From assembly GCA_000165425.1 (NCBI GenBank), contig CT868219.1, forward strand, positions 4,728 to 68,727: DNA of 64,000 nt. The letters are read 5' to 3'. The stretch is from Paramecium tetraurelia (lineage: Eukaryota). Positions 14,102 to 25,943 of the stretch are shown here, piece after piece. Position numbers and translations under genes: made by a program. The stretch's first letter is position 1; every line of letters starts with the position of its first letter. The notes beneath the pieces are model-generated. The model was not told the DNA's origin. It made no database searches and worked only from the letters and a program-made list of their open reading frames with translations.

Positions 14102-15144
14102 ATGATTGCTAGTAATGAATTAGTGTTGGGAGATTAGTAAACTTAAATTATGATGTAGACCTAAATAAATCAAGTGTCCTTTTTGCTCAAATTCAACAGT
14201 TTCAACAGTTACTTTTAAGAATGGCTATATAAGCTATATTACGTGTTTTTTAGTTTTGCTGATTTTTGGACTTATGCCAAGTCTGTTACTAATACCAGTA
14301 ATTATGATAATCACAAGAACCTTAATTCATAAGTAATTATGATAAAATGAGCCTAGATGTTCTGCATGCAATGAAGAAATTGGTGGAGATGGAAAAGTGT
14401 TTCATGTGCTAGGTGTGAAGGATTCAGTATGAGTATTAATATATTCTTAAAGATGATGTCATTCAAAATTGGAGAGTTCGGAGTTATTTTGACTAAAAGA
14501 ATAGTTATTGGCACTTTGTTATTAATCTTAACATTAGGAGTTTTGTGGTATAGAATAATTGAAATGCCAACTTAATAATGGATGGATTATCATCAACATT
14601 ACAATCCAAATATCACTATTTCTGACACTTGGACTGATTATTTAGAGAAATGCTCAAAAGAGAAAATATTTCAAAATCTCTAAAATTAATAAATTTGTTA
14701 TTAAAAATACATCGACAGAACAATAGTAGATTGGAAAGGTACAATCAAATTATTAATTACATTTAGGATATGCAATAAGAGTAGAGGATAACCAATAATC
14801 TTTGATGAAATTCTTGCATCACTCTGTTAATATTTTGGTGAAAATGGACCCTGCTGAGAGTGAATTTCATCCTGATTTGTTATTGACTGCAGATAGTGAA
14901 ATAGCCACTGAATTGTGTAATTTGATTATAGATTCTTTTAGCTTCTGAGATTGAGAAATTGGAAAGAGGTAGTGAGTTTATTTTCACTGCTATAATTAAG
15001 TCGATTGGGGATTACTAAAACATCAGGCATTTTCATCTCCTAAACATAACTAAATTAGAAGGTTACATTGAAATTCCACCTCATCTTCATTAATAAAGTA
15101 GATATGGAAATTCTTAACAATTTCTTGCTTAATCAACTGATTGA
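14102..15144 (+). CDS. LITAF zinc-ribbon membrane protein with wolframin-like C-terminal domain
   Basis: IKCPFC, hydrophobic hairpin and HKCSACNEEIG (LITAF), then one TM, then TWTDYLEKC...C...VDWKG and DLLLTADSE...LERGSEFIFTAII; several tiny introns. Confidence 0.7.
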
Positions 15145-15836
15145 ATATATGAGTAATAATAATATAAAATAAGTTTATACATGTAATTATATTGTTAATG
15201 ATAATGATATTACAACTTTATTTATTTTATAGTATTGGCATAACTTAACTATCAGGACTTGTTTTGATTCTTTCCATATTAGAATTATTTTTATTATAAC
15301 CTCAATAGGTAAACAAATAATTATTAATCCTATATTTTGGATCTTCTAAAATGCTGTCATTCCATTTTTTTTACTCCTATTATTGATGAGTATAAAACTA
15401 ATATAAATAAAATGATTAACCCAATAATCTTATCCTTTCTATCCATAACCAATCCATTATTGATAATCCATAAATTTTGATTTTGTCAGAAAAGACCTCA
15501 GTATTCATGTGCAAAATACCTATGAACTGAATAACACTATTTTTTCAATGTATAAATTTAAACTTTTTTGAAAGAATATATAAGTTTAATTGATTAATAG
15601 TCTAATGAAACTTTTGTTTAATCATTTCGACTATTTAATTCACCTAAATAGACTAACATTGATTAGCCTATCATAACATGATATTTTTATTTATAATTGC
15701 GTTGTTTTATAATTGAAAATAATACTCTTAATACTCTAAATTTATTATCTAATATGCTTTAATTGTATCCATAAAGGTGACATCTTATGAATTATATAAA
15801 AGTCACATATTATTCATTAAAAAATATCTATTTTTT

Positions 15837-17169
15837 ATGTTTACAAAACTTTTCAGCACATTTCGACATTAAAATATCTTCAGAAATTATGGCAAATAGT
15901 TTATGCTAGTTGGATTATTATCAACAATTTGTTATCGATAGAAGCTAAGCCTATAAGTGAACCCAAACATCAAACAATATGGCGATAATTTGAATCGAGC
16001 ATTCAAAAGAGCATTAGTACCTGAAGATGATTTTTAGTATGAATTGTCACATTAAACTTAGTAAAAATACTATCATCTTGTCGGGAAATTCTAATAAAGA
16101 GTTAGCTGAAGGTAAATATCCTTATAATTGAATATTAGAGATAGCTGAATATTTGAATATTAAATTAGGCAGTGTCACTATTGGAAGATTTGCAGATGGA
16201 GAATGTCAAATTTAAGTATATACTTTATCTGACACAGGTTCTTGATAATATTAGAGGAAAGGATGTTTTTATCATACAATCGACATCTCCTCCCGTTAAT
16301 GATAATTTGATGGAATTATTGTTATTAGTCTCTGCCTTAAGAAGAGCATCAGCCAGAAAAATTATAGTTGTGGTTCCATATTATGGATACGCAAGACAAG
16401 TATATATAATTTGATTTGTTTCAGGATAGGAAATGTGCACCAAGAGTTCCGATATCAGCAGCAGATGTTGCTAGACTCTTAGAAACAGTTGGAGTAGATA
16501 GACTTATATCAGTTGATTTACATTGCGGATAAATTCAAGGGTTCTTTGGACCTAGAGTGCCAGTAGATAATCTTGAAGCAAATTTAGTTGCTCAGAATTA
16601 CTTATCACTCTAGAAGAAATATGAATTTAAGGATGTTGCAATTGTCTCCCCAGATGCAGGTGGTGTTTATAGAGCAAAGAAATTTTAAGAATAATTTGAC
16701 TAGCATCATCCAGGAATGCAATCTCATTTGGCTATGATTATCAAGTAAAGAGAAGGGCCAGGAAAAATAGCATCCATGAACTTAGTTGGTTAAGTCAAAG
16801 GAAAAGATTGCATTATAGTGGATGACATAATCGATACTGCAGTAAATTTAGATATTATTCTTTAAGGGTACACTCTCTGAGGCTGCCAGGGTACTCAAAG
16901 AACAAGGAGCCAAAAGAGTCTTTGCATTTGCAACTCATGCGTTGTTCTCTGGTAAAGCATTCGCACATCTCGGTGCTCCTTTTCTAGATTAGATCATAGT
17001 TACTAACACAATTCCTTCAAAACCATAAGAGGAGGTCTTGGGAGACAAAATATGTAGATTATCCGTTGGTAATTGATTTAACTAGTAGTTAGCTCCTTTA
17101 TTGGCTGAAGCTATTTATAGGGTCTAAAAAAAGGAAAGCGTTTCAACTTTATTTGATATCAAACATTGA
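15837..17169 (+). CDS. PRPS: Ribose-phosphate pyrophosphokinase (PRPP synthetase) with N-terminal extension
   Basis: [65 protein letters not shown] motifs. Confidence 0.95.
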
Positions 17170-17417
17170 TTTTATTATCGAATTTTAGAAGTTCATTTTT
17201 ATTTTAATATTTTTAAACAGTCAAAATAATTTAGTTTAAGGTTTGAGGAATACCTTCAACTAAATAAATTAGATTCAATTTTCTTAATTCGTTTGTGCAT
17301 AACTGAATAGAATTTTAGAAATATTTGAATTATTGGATAATCAAATGAATAAAAAATAATCAAACAATTAAGCCTGCATTTGATAAAAATTATATTAAAT
17401 TACTCATAAATAAATTT

Positions 17418-18629
17418 ATGTAGACATAGCCTTAACCAATTGGAGTAATCACGTATTATTCTGATCAATTTGAACCACAATGTCCCTATTGTTAATCAGG
17501 AGAACATTCCATTTAATCTGATACTTGCACGTTTTAATAAACTCATCATATCAATGAGTAGGCCGTAAGGGGAAGAGGTATCAATTGAAGTTATCTTAGT
17601 TGTGTATGTGTCACCTGAGAGAATAGTTTCAAGAAAAATCATAGAAACAACTGCTATATCCCCATCCATGTCATAATTGGTTACTCCTTCAATAATTTCA
17701 ACAGCTACACCGAGAATAATAACATCCTAAAATCCACTGACCCAAGTGTCCCCAGTTCTGAATTAAAATTAGATTATCTCCAAGCAATAATCTCCAATTC
17801 TTGTTCATCAATAATATGTGATTCCACAACAGTCTTACATTTAACAACAAATACCTATTGTCTAACAATCTTCCTATGACTTGAAGATGAGTAGGGAGCT
17901 GTAGTAATCTTAGCTAATTTAATAAGATTTACAATTAAAATAAAAAGAGTTAGCAGAAAAATTACAAAATTAAACTGAAGAAATTCAGTAATCTAATTTG
18001 GCTTATAATCAATTACAATAGGCTTTATATGAGAAAAAGGATGAGTATGAATAACTAAAAAAGGCCTATGCATATTAAACATAATATTCTCCAACTACAT
18101 CGGTTCCTTAATCTCTATAAGAGATATATAATAAATCATAGGTGAAGGAGAAGAAAGTAGTTTTGTCATAGGAGGAATTAGAGTTATATTGGAAACATCG
18201 AGTATATGAATTAGAAGAATACTTATATGAATTATGGGGTAAGATTGGCTAAATGCAGCAGTAAAAATAAGAATCAAAAAAGGATGATAGCATAAAAGTA
18301 TAAATTTAATTTCACTAATATTTCAGATAGAATAATTGTAGAGAGAAGTTTGTTAATTGGAACATATTGTAAGACTAAAATCTAATTCAGTTGTAATTTT
18401 AAAAAATAAGTTGAATAATCTAATGTATCAGTATGATCCAGCTACTGAGGTTACAAAATAATAGGATTAACAGCTTTAATCTGTAAGACAATAGGTCATG
18501 AATTTAAATTCGAAGTATTAACAGATACAAGAGGAGATTCAAGATTTGGAGGCCTAAAATTAGAAAAGCAACGTGGGGGTGAATGATTATAATGCTATTC
18601 CAATTAATCAGGATTCTTTCTAGTATTGA
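17418..18629 (+). CDS. Uncharacterised Gln-rich coiled-coil protein
   Basis: MQTQPQPIGVITYY...RVVYVSPERIVSRKII after a 22-nt intron; continues through Q-rich coiled coil to TGA 18627-18629. Confidence 0.7.
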
Positions 18630-18717
18630 ATTGATTTTTTATAAGATTAGAAAATGAGTTTAAGTATATTAATTAACTTAAATAAAGTATATTTTATATA
18701 AAAATTTAAAAAAATTA

Positions 18718-19070
18718 ATGCAAGGATTTAAAGTTGAAACAATAACTCCAGGAGATGGAAAATCATTTCCTTAAAAAGGGTAAAGTTTTGACTAAAATTT
18801 AGCCAAAAAGTTCACGTGCATTATGTAGGAACCTTACTTGACGGATCTGTATTTGACTCTTCAAGAAATAGAGGAAAGCCTTTTATATTTACCCTTGGCG
18901 CAGGATAAGTTATTAAGGGATGGGATGAAGGTGTAGCAAAGTTGTCAATAGGAGAGAAGGCTATAATCACTTGTCCACCTGATTATGCTTATGGCGCATA
19001 AGGTTACCCACCAGTGATCCCCAAAAATGCCACATTGAAATTTGAAGTTGAGTTGCTTAATTTTGCATGA
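18718..19070 (+). CDS. FKBP12: FK506-binding protein / peptidyl-prolyl isomerase
   Basis: [48 protein letters not shown]...VIKGWDEGV...LKFEVELL; 23-nt intron 18780-18802. Confidence 0.97.
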
Positions 19071-19204
19071 GATATTCATTCATTAAAATAAGTTAATTTC
19101 AAAACAGATAATTATAAACATCTTTAGATTTATACCAATAGGCAATCATTCAGCTCAATTTAATACTAATTTTTTAAATTACAAAATATATATTAAAAAA
19201 AACA

Positions 19205-19277
19205 TGATCACGGCCAGTCTCGAACTGGCGGCCTCGTCCTTGTTAGGGACGCGTGATAACCCCTACACCACGCGATC
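19205..19277 (-). tRNA. trnV-AAC: tRNA-Val (anticodon AAC)
   Basis: 73-nt cloverleaf GATCGCGTGGTGTAGGGGTTATCACGCGTCCCTAACAAGGACGAGGCCGCCAGTTCGAGACTGGCCGTGATCA; anticodon stem CGTCC/GGACG with loop CTAACAA; TTCGA T-loop. Confidence 0.95.
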
Positions 19278-19568
19278 AATGGATAACAATTATCAATAAT
19301 TACACATAATATAAACCCTTTGGATTACAAGCATATGATGACAGCTAATAGATTTAAGGAATTAAGAATAAATTTAATTATAAACCTTTAGCATTTCTGA
19401 GTAGTTTTGGAAGTTGAGATCCACCATCGCAATTAGTAGGGTTAATTGAAATATGGAATAGGGAGAAAAATGAATTAAAAATACAAGGTAATTACTAGGT
19501 TTATTGTATGTTGATTAATATTTGAGCGATTAATCCTAATCTTCTATTATTATAAATTATATTATCAA

Positions 19569-20559
19569 ATGTCTTAAACGTCAAAGGAGGAAGAATACAG
19601 TATAATAAGCAAGATAGGATGTGGATTTTCGGCAGAGTATTGCTTTTAATTGAGAATTAGTGTCCAATTAGTTTCAAGATCTGGAGAATTGATGGCACTG
19701 AAAGTGTATAAGGCCAAACAAGATTAACTATATGAGAATGAGATTCGTATAATGAACAAGTTGAGTCACATTTCTGGGGTCATTAGAATAAGAGAAAGTG
19801 AACTTAGAGGGTGCATAATGATGGATTATGCGAAGTATGGAAACTTACTCCAATACTTATAATAATCCCGATTGGAAGAGAGCATAGCCAGAAGCTTCTT
19901 TAAATAGATGATATTCAGTAATAGTTCAAAAATACTATTAATAGTAATTGATAAGATTCACAAGATGGGTGTTGCTCATAGAGATTTAAAATTAGAAAAC
20001 ATATTATTAGACGATCAATACAAGTTGAAGATTTGCGACTTTGGATTTGCTGTTCAATATTTGGATGAACAAGGAAGGAGAATAAAAGTGAATGAGTAAT
20101 TTAGTATTTCATGATTGTAGTTATGTTGGAACGCCTTAGACTGCGGCTCCAGAGATATATCTTCGATAGCCATATCATCCAGTAGAGGCAGATTTGTTTT
20201 AGCTAGGAGTTATCTTATTTTAAATTTGTGCTGGATCGAGTCCATTTCACAATGCTAACATAAAGAGTGATCCAAATTATTAGTTGATATACAGGTATTA
20301 TTTAATTAATAATGAAGACAACAAATAGGAAAGTTTTGGGAGAAACATTAGTTTGAATTTTCAGCTTAATTGAAGGATATCATCGTTAAACTTTTGGCCT
20401 TTAATCCAAATCGGAGATTATCAGTAATTAATAAACTAATATTTATTAAAGATCCCTGAAATTCAGTCTCATCCTTGGATGCAAGGCGAAGAAGCTGATT
20501 AATCCTAAATTATTGATGAAATGGAATGCAGATAGTCAATACTCTCCTTATAAATCTGA
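19569..20559 (+). CDS. Ser/Thr protein kinase (CAMK-like)
   Basis: [47 protein letters not shown]; several tiny introns. Confidence 0.9.
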
Positions 20560-20723
20560 TTATATCATACTAAAACTAAGATTCATATTTATTCATGTCT
20601 AAAACAATTATACTCAATGACAATTTCTATAATAGATTATAATAGATCTCTGAGCAAATTAAAATAATTAAATTCTATTGACATTTAATATAAATGTTAT
20701 CATATGATTATTATAAAATTGAA

Positions 20724-22860
20724 TCAATTTTAATCAATTTAGTATTTTAAAGATTGCTATCTTCCAAAAACTGATTGTTTTCTTGAAATCTTTAATGAAT
20801 CCTCCTCATCTATATCCTTCAATTCTTCCTCTGACACTCTGTATTTATATTGAGTAGTGAAAATGTCTAAAAATTCCAAAAACTCACAGTATTGATAATT
20901 TCGATTGTAGACTTCAGCTAACTTTTTTGTATTGACAGTATTCTTATATAAAGCTATAAAAGCAATTCCTCTTTTTAATTGATCTACACTTATAAACAAT
21001 GTAGGATATTTGACATCTTTTATTCTGGTGGTTGTATCAGAGTCCATTAAAGCCTTAAAAAGAGATAAATAATAGTAGATATCTTATCTTGATAAATTCT
21101 TCTCCAATATAATCTTTTCAATATTAATTAATTGTGTAATCTCTTTAAATTTTTCATTATCTTTGGTTTGGAAGGATTAAAACGGATCTTCTATAGGAAT
21201 ATTCTATTTCTATTTTTTTTTGAAAATATGTGTAGTCTATGGCATTATCTGGTCGAAAGCTTCTTCTTGTATTTCTTAAATAGATTTTTCATCTTCTAAC
21301 ATTAATTTCTGCTAGATTAGTTCTTCCTCTTTATAGCCTAAAAATTTTTTCTAAATTTAATGATAATGTTTACTGCTTGAAGTTTTATTTGAATTGAATA
21401 TCTTTTCCTTGCTTTTATCTTTTCCAGTCTCTACCTCATCATTTCTTCTAAATTCTTTAATTTACTGGAATACTTTGATTTATTTGATTGAATGTATTGC
21501 TACAACAATTTTAAATATGTATCTTATTCTTGTTCATTCATTTAAATTATCGACTATTCAAACATCTACTCATCTGGTTCTCTGAGATCGTTTTCAACTT
21601 CAATCAAATATTATGATGGAATTGAGGTCTAACTCTCTTGTTGTTAATGACGAAAATAGAATGGTAGTAAATTTTCTCTCTTCTTGAAGAATCTTGAAAC
21701 TTCCTCCTTGGATTTTAAGTCGAATAATTTTATGGCTAATTTTGGGTATTTATCTAATTAAAATTCACCTGAAAGTTTGAGTTGTTAATTCAATAGAATC
21801 CATAAATCAAATTATCCCTAATATTACGTATTACTTTACTTGTAGTTAAATATACAAAAATTTATCATATTAAGGTAATTAATTTAACTGAGTTATTTCA
21901 ACACTATCTAAAGAGAATACTTTTGTGAAATTCATGTGATTTCGAAAGTGCAGAATGTCTAAAAAATAGGAAATCCATTATCTAAAATTATCTGTCAATT
22001 CCTTCTCATTTATTATTTTCTCATAAATAGGAATAAAAAAGGGGAAAATACTTAATTCTAAGTTATTAGTTCTATAAATTAAAATTAAGTTACATTTATT
22101 TAACTTCAGTTTAAGAACTCTTCAAATGAAGACTTTAATGTGGTAGAAAAATCAATATAAAAATCTATTTCAAACCTTTCTTTGTATTCAAACCAATTTA
22201 AACTATTTTCTACTGTAAAATTTGCTGGATTTCATCGGTTTTCCAGCAAGTTTTGAACCTTTCTAAATGGTGAATTTCCTTCTGAATTTCATAAGCCTTA
22301 TTAATTCTATTCACCTTGTTATTCTTCTACCAAAGTTACCCTTCAATTTCAGGACTTAAACTTCGAAATTTGAATGAACTCGTTCTTTCAGAAACACTGA
22401 AATTATCTTTAATTAAAGAAGTAAGCTATGTTATAATTGGTTTTTGAGTAGGACTCTTAGTAAATTAGGTATGCATTTTAGAATTCGATTTATCCTTTTC
22501 TTTGGATCTGATTTTTAATTCTGATAACTTTTTACGATCCTTTTAAGTTGTTATTTTATCAGAGTCTAACTATAACTATTCAGAATGTCTATATCTGATT
22601 ATATCTAGCTTTGTTCTCGAAAGGATATTGGGAAACACGGTTGCCTTAACACAATAAGGGACTGTATTCTAAATAGATGTAGATCTGGAACTATTTATAT
22701 GAAAGCTGATCTTAGGAGATTTAGTTTCTTATTCTTTCACCTCGAGAATATAAATACACCTTACCGTAAACTTCTCTTCAGCCACTTCCAAATTGGCTTC
22801 TCTTTTGCTTAAGTGATCCTTGGTCAATACGATTGGAATATATTCTTTTAATGTTTACAT
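20724..22860 (-). CDS. Uncharacterised protein
   Basis: ATG 22860 (MQTLKEYIPIVLTKDHL); long table-6 reading frame with tiny introns that includes ORF 20757-21047; TGA 20726-20724. Confidence 0.65.
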
Positions 22861-23865
22861 GTTTATGTATATATTTAAATAATTTGGTTTATATATTATA
22901 TTCACCCCCATTCTTCAATAATTTCTGCTTTTTCTCCAAATAAGAACACAAAACGAATATCATAATTTTCTGATATATCAAATATAAGTGATATTGGTTG
23001 ATTTTATGAAGATTTATTTTTAACTATCTTCTCTAAATTAATTAGTTAGGTGATTAATAGTAGAACTCTTAATTTCTAAATTTGCATCTAATAAAGTTGG
23101 TTTGTTAGTAATGTAATTATTTTATAGATTGATTATTTGAAAGTAATAAATAATGATAGTTAAAGTTTAATTCTTGCATATAGAATACTAAATGCTACTC
23201 CATTTTATTTCGAATAGAACAGTTAATATTATTATAGACTAATTCAATTTATGAGGTTAATATTTGACTAAAATTGCAATTATCTATTTTACAACTTATT
23301 ATTCTTCAATCATTTATTTTGTAATTTAGATTTAGGTATTCAATTCATTTCACTTACATCTAATACAATACTGCTTTGTTTTATTATTATGAATTAAGAA
23401 GGGTTAATCTTCAAATATTTTGATGGATCTGAATTGAATTTCAGATTAAGCCATTTTTGGAAATCCAGTTGAACCCATATCACATTTTGATGCTAACTTA
23501 ATCTAAATGCAAAGTAAGCGAATTCCTTGAAATGTAACTTTGTATTTTGTTAATATATGCCAGGAATGCTATAATGTTTAGAAATTTGTTAAGTTCTGAG
23601 AACAATATATCTGCACATATGTTGTTTCGATATAGAGATAATCTGATGTATCTCCTTTATTCAATTCTCTGAACAGACAATTTAAATAATCTGTAATGCT
23701 ATTCTATAAATTCCTAAATCATTTCTAAATGAAATATGTAATTTAAGTAATCGAGATGATGGTGATTGAATTGTATACAACTCTCTTTAAAATTATTAAA
23801 CTATATATCAGATTTAATTTAAGTAATTCAGCTTACTCCTTCCTTGCATTTATAATTATATTAAA

Positions 23866-25826
23866 ATGTAAAAAAATATTGATGACGAAGATGTTGACCC
23901 ATGCTAATTTATAAAAAATTTAGATACAGGAGATACGTATAGTGTTAACAATTTTGGTGAATTAGATATTGAAATTAAGCAATACAAGCCTTTAAATTAG
24001 AAAAAAGAAAGGTGGAAGACCTTTTGGAACAGAATGGAAGAAATAAATGAAAAATTGTATGATGCTTGTGAAAAAGGAGAAGAAGAAGTTGTTTCTAATT
24101 TGCTGAAAGATTAAATTGAGTTAAAATAATAAGTTTAATAATAAAATCGGTCATACAATTCCAGTTTAGTTGGAGAGGATTATCAGGAATTTATTGGATT
24201 GATAAATATTGATTGTAAAGGCTTGGATGATTGGACAGCACTACATCATGCTGTGAATAATAGAAGAGTGGGAATAGTTAAACTATTGCTAGATTCTAAA
24301 GCTAATCCTAATTTATGTACATTAATGAAGAGGACTCCATTGCATCTAGCATGTTTGAGAAGAAGTCTAGAAATCGTAAAACTTCTAGTGCAATATAAAG
24401 TGGATTTGAATTGCCAAGATTCTGATTTAAATTCTCCTTTGCACATAAGTTCCGAAATAGGATTTGTTTAAATTGTGGAATTTTTGTTGATTAACGGGGC
24501 AGATGGTACAATTTCATAATGATAATTCATATTAGCCACTTTGAAGAATTGCCAATAAAAGTCTCCTTATGATGTGACCATGTCCCCAGAAGTGAGGAAG
24601 CTTCTCGAAAAGTATGTTCCTAATACTGAAGGCTATCAATCGAGATCTTTGATTGGAGGATAAGTAGTAAGAAACTCGAGAGCTGATCATATTGAAAGAC
24701 TACTAGGTAAAGTCAATGAATTATCCAAAATGGAGATCTTGAAACAGTAACAACAGTAGTAGTAGATGAATTAAAAGGACAAACAAGTTAGCACTCCATA
24801 ACCTATATCTTAATTTGTGGATGTTAGTGTGAATGTATTTATGCTCTAAATTACTAGGCTTCTTCCCCGGATGGTTATATATTTCATAAATTACTTGGGA
24901 AGGGCAGCTTTGGAGAAGTATACTTCGCCTCAAGAAAATAGGATGGAGAATAGTATGCCATCAAAACACTTTGTAAAGAGAGGGTTTTGACTAAAAATCT
25001 AACTAGATATGCTCAAACAGAGAAGAATGTTCTCAGTGTTATGAAACATCCTTTTATTGTTAGATTGCATGCAGCCTTTCAAAATTCATCAAAGTTGTTT
25101 ATGGTTCTTGATTATTGTCCAGGAGGTGATCTAGGATAATTATTAACCAAACAAGTTAAGCTTACTGAAGAAGTGGCCAGATTTTATATATGCGAAGTGA
25201 TTTTGGCCTTGGAATCATTGCACAAAAACTGTATCATCTTTAGGGATCTGAAACCAGACAATGTGGTATTGGATAGTAAAGGACATGCTAAATTAACTGA
25301 TTTTGGATTATCAAAGGAAGGAGTTTATGACAATATTACTAAAAGTTTTTGCGGTTCCATAGCTTATCTTGCACCTGAAGTTCTGATGAAGAGAGGCCAT
25401 TCAAGAACAGTTGATTGGTATCTTGTAGGAGTCCTTCTTTATGAAATGATCGTTGGAATGCCACCATATTATAATTAAGACAGAGAAATGTTATTTGAGA
25501 ATATCAAAAAAGGAGTTCTTAGAATTCCAAAAACGATGAGTGAAGAAGCTAAGGATTTGATTAGATCTCTGTTAGTCAGAGATCCCTCTTAAAGATTAGG
25601 AGCTAAGGCAGATGCTGAAGAATTAAAGAAGCATTCCTTTTTCAAAAGTATCAATTGGGACGATATCTATAATAAAGTGTAAGATGGTCCATTCATTGAA
25701 AAGGATAATACAAAATAATGGGTTAGAGAAACGATTGATGTAAAATCTATTCTATTTATTTAGATGAAATTTGGTGATCAACCTCAATCTAATCAAAGGA
25801 TATCCGATTGGTCTTTTATTTAATGA
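23866..25826 (+). CDS. Ankyrin-repeat plus AGC-family (PKB/S6K/SGK-like) kinase
   Basis: [24 protein letters not shown] ankyrin units; [43 protein letters not shown]-terminal hydrophobic-motif-like DWSF. Confidence 0.9.
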
Positions 25827-25943
25827 ATATTGTTGTTATTATTGTTTTATTATTATTAATTTTAGATATGTAATCTTTTTTGAATATAATATTAATTTCA
25901 CAATTGTAATTTAATCTATATGTAAATAAATAATTATTTTATA

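Noticed and set aside
17640..17740. Suspected frameshift in the Gln-rich gene
   Set aside because: Recounting the C4 run (ATA TCC CCA) shows the frame is intact.
19335..19400. Possible box C/D snoRNA (ATGATGA at 19335, CTGA at 19397) next to the tRNA
   Set aside because: No clear terminal stem, no C'/D' boxes and no rRNA guide I could identify; such motifs arise by chance in AT-rich DNA.
23330..23850. Possible small gene or pseudogene on the minus strand
   Set aside because: Several TGA-free frames exist, as expected when only one stop codon is used, but none has a recognisable motif or a convincing start and intron structure.
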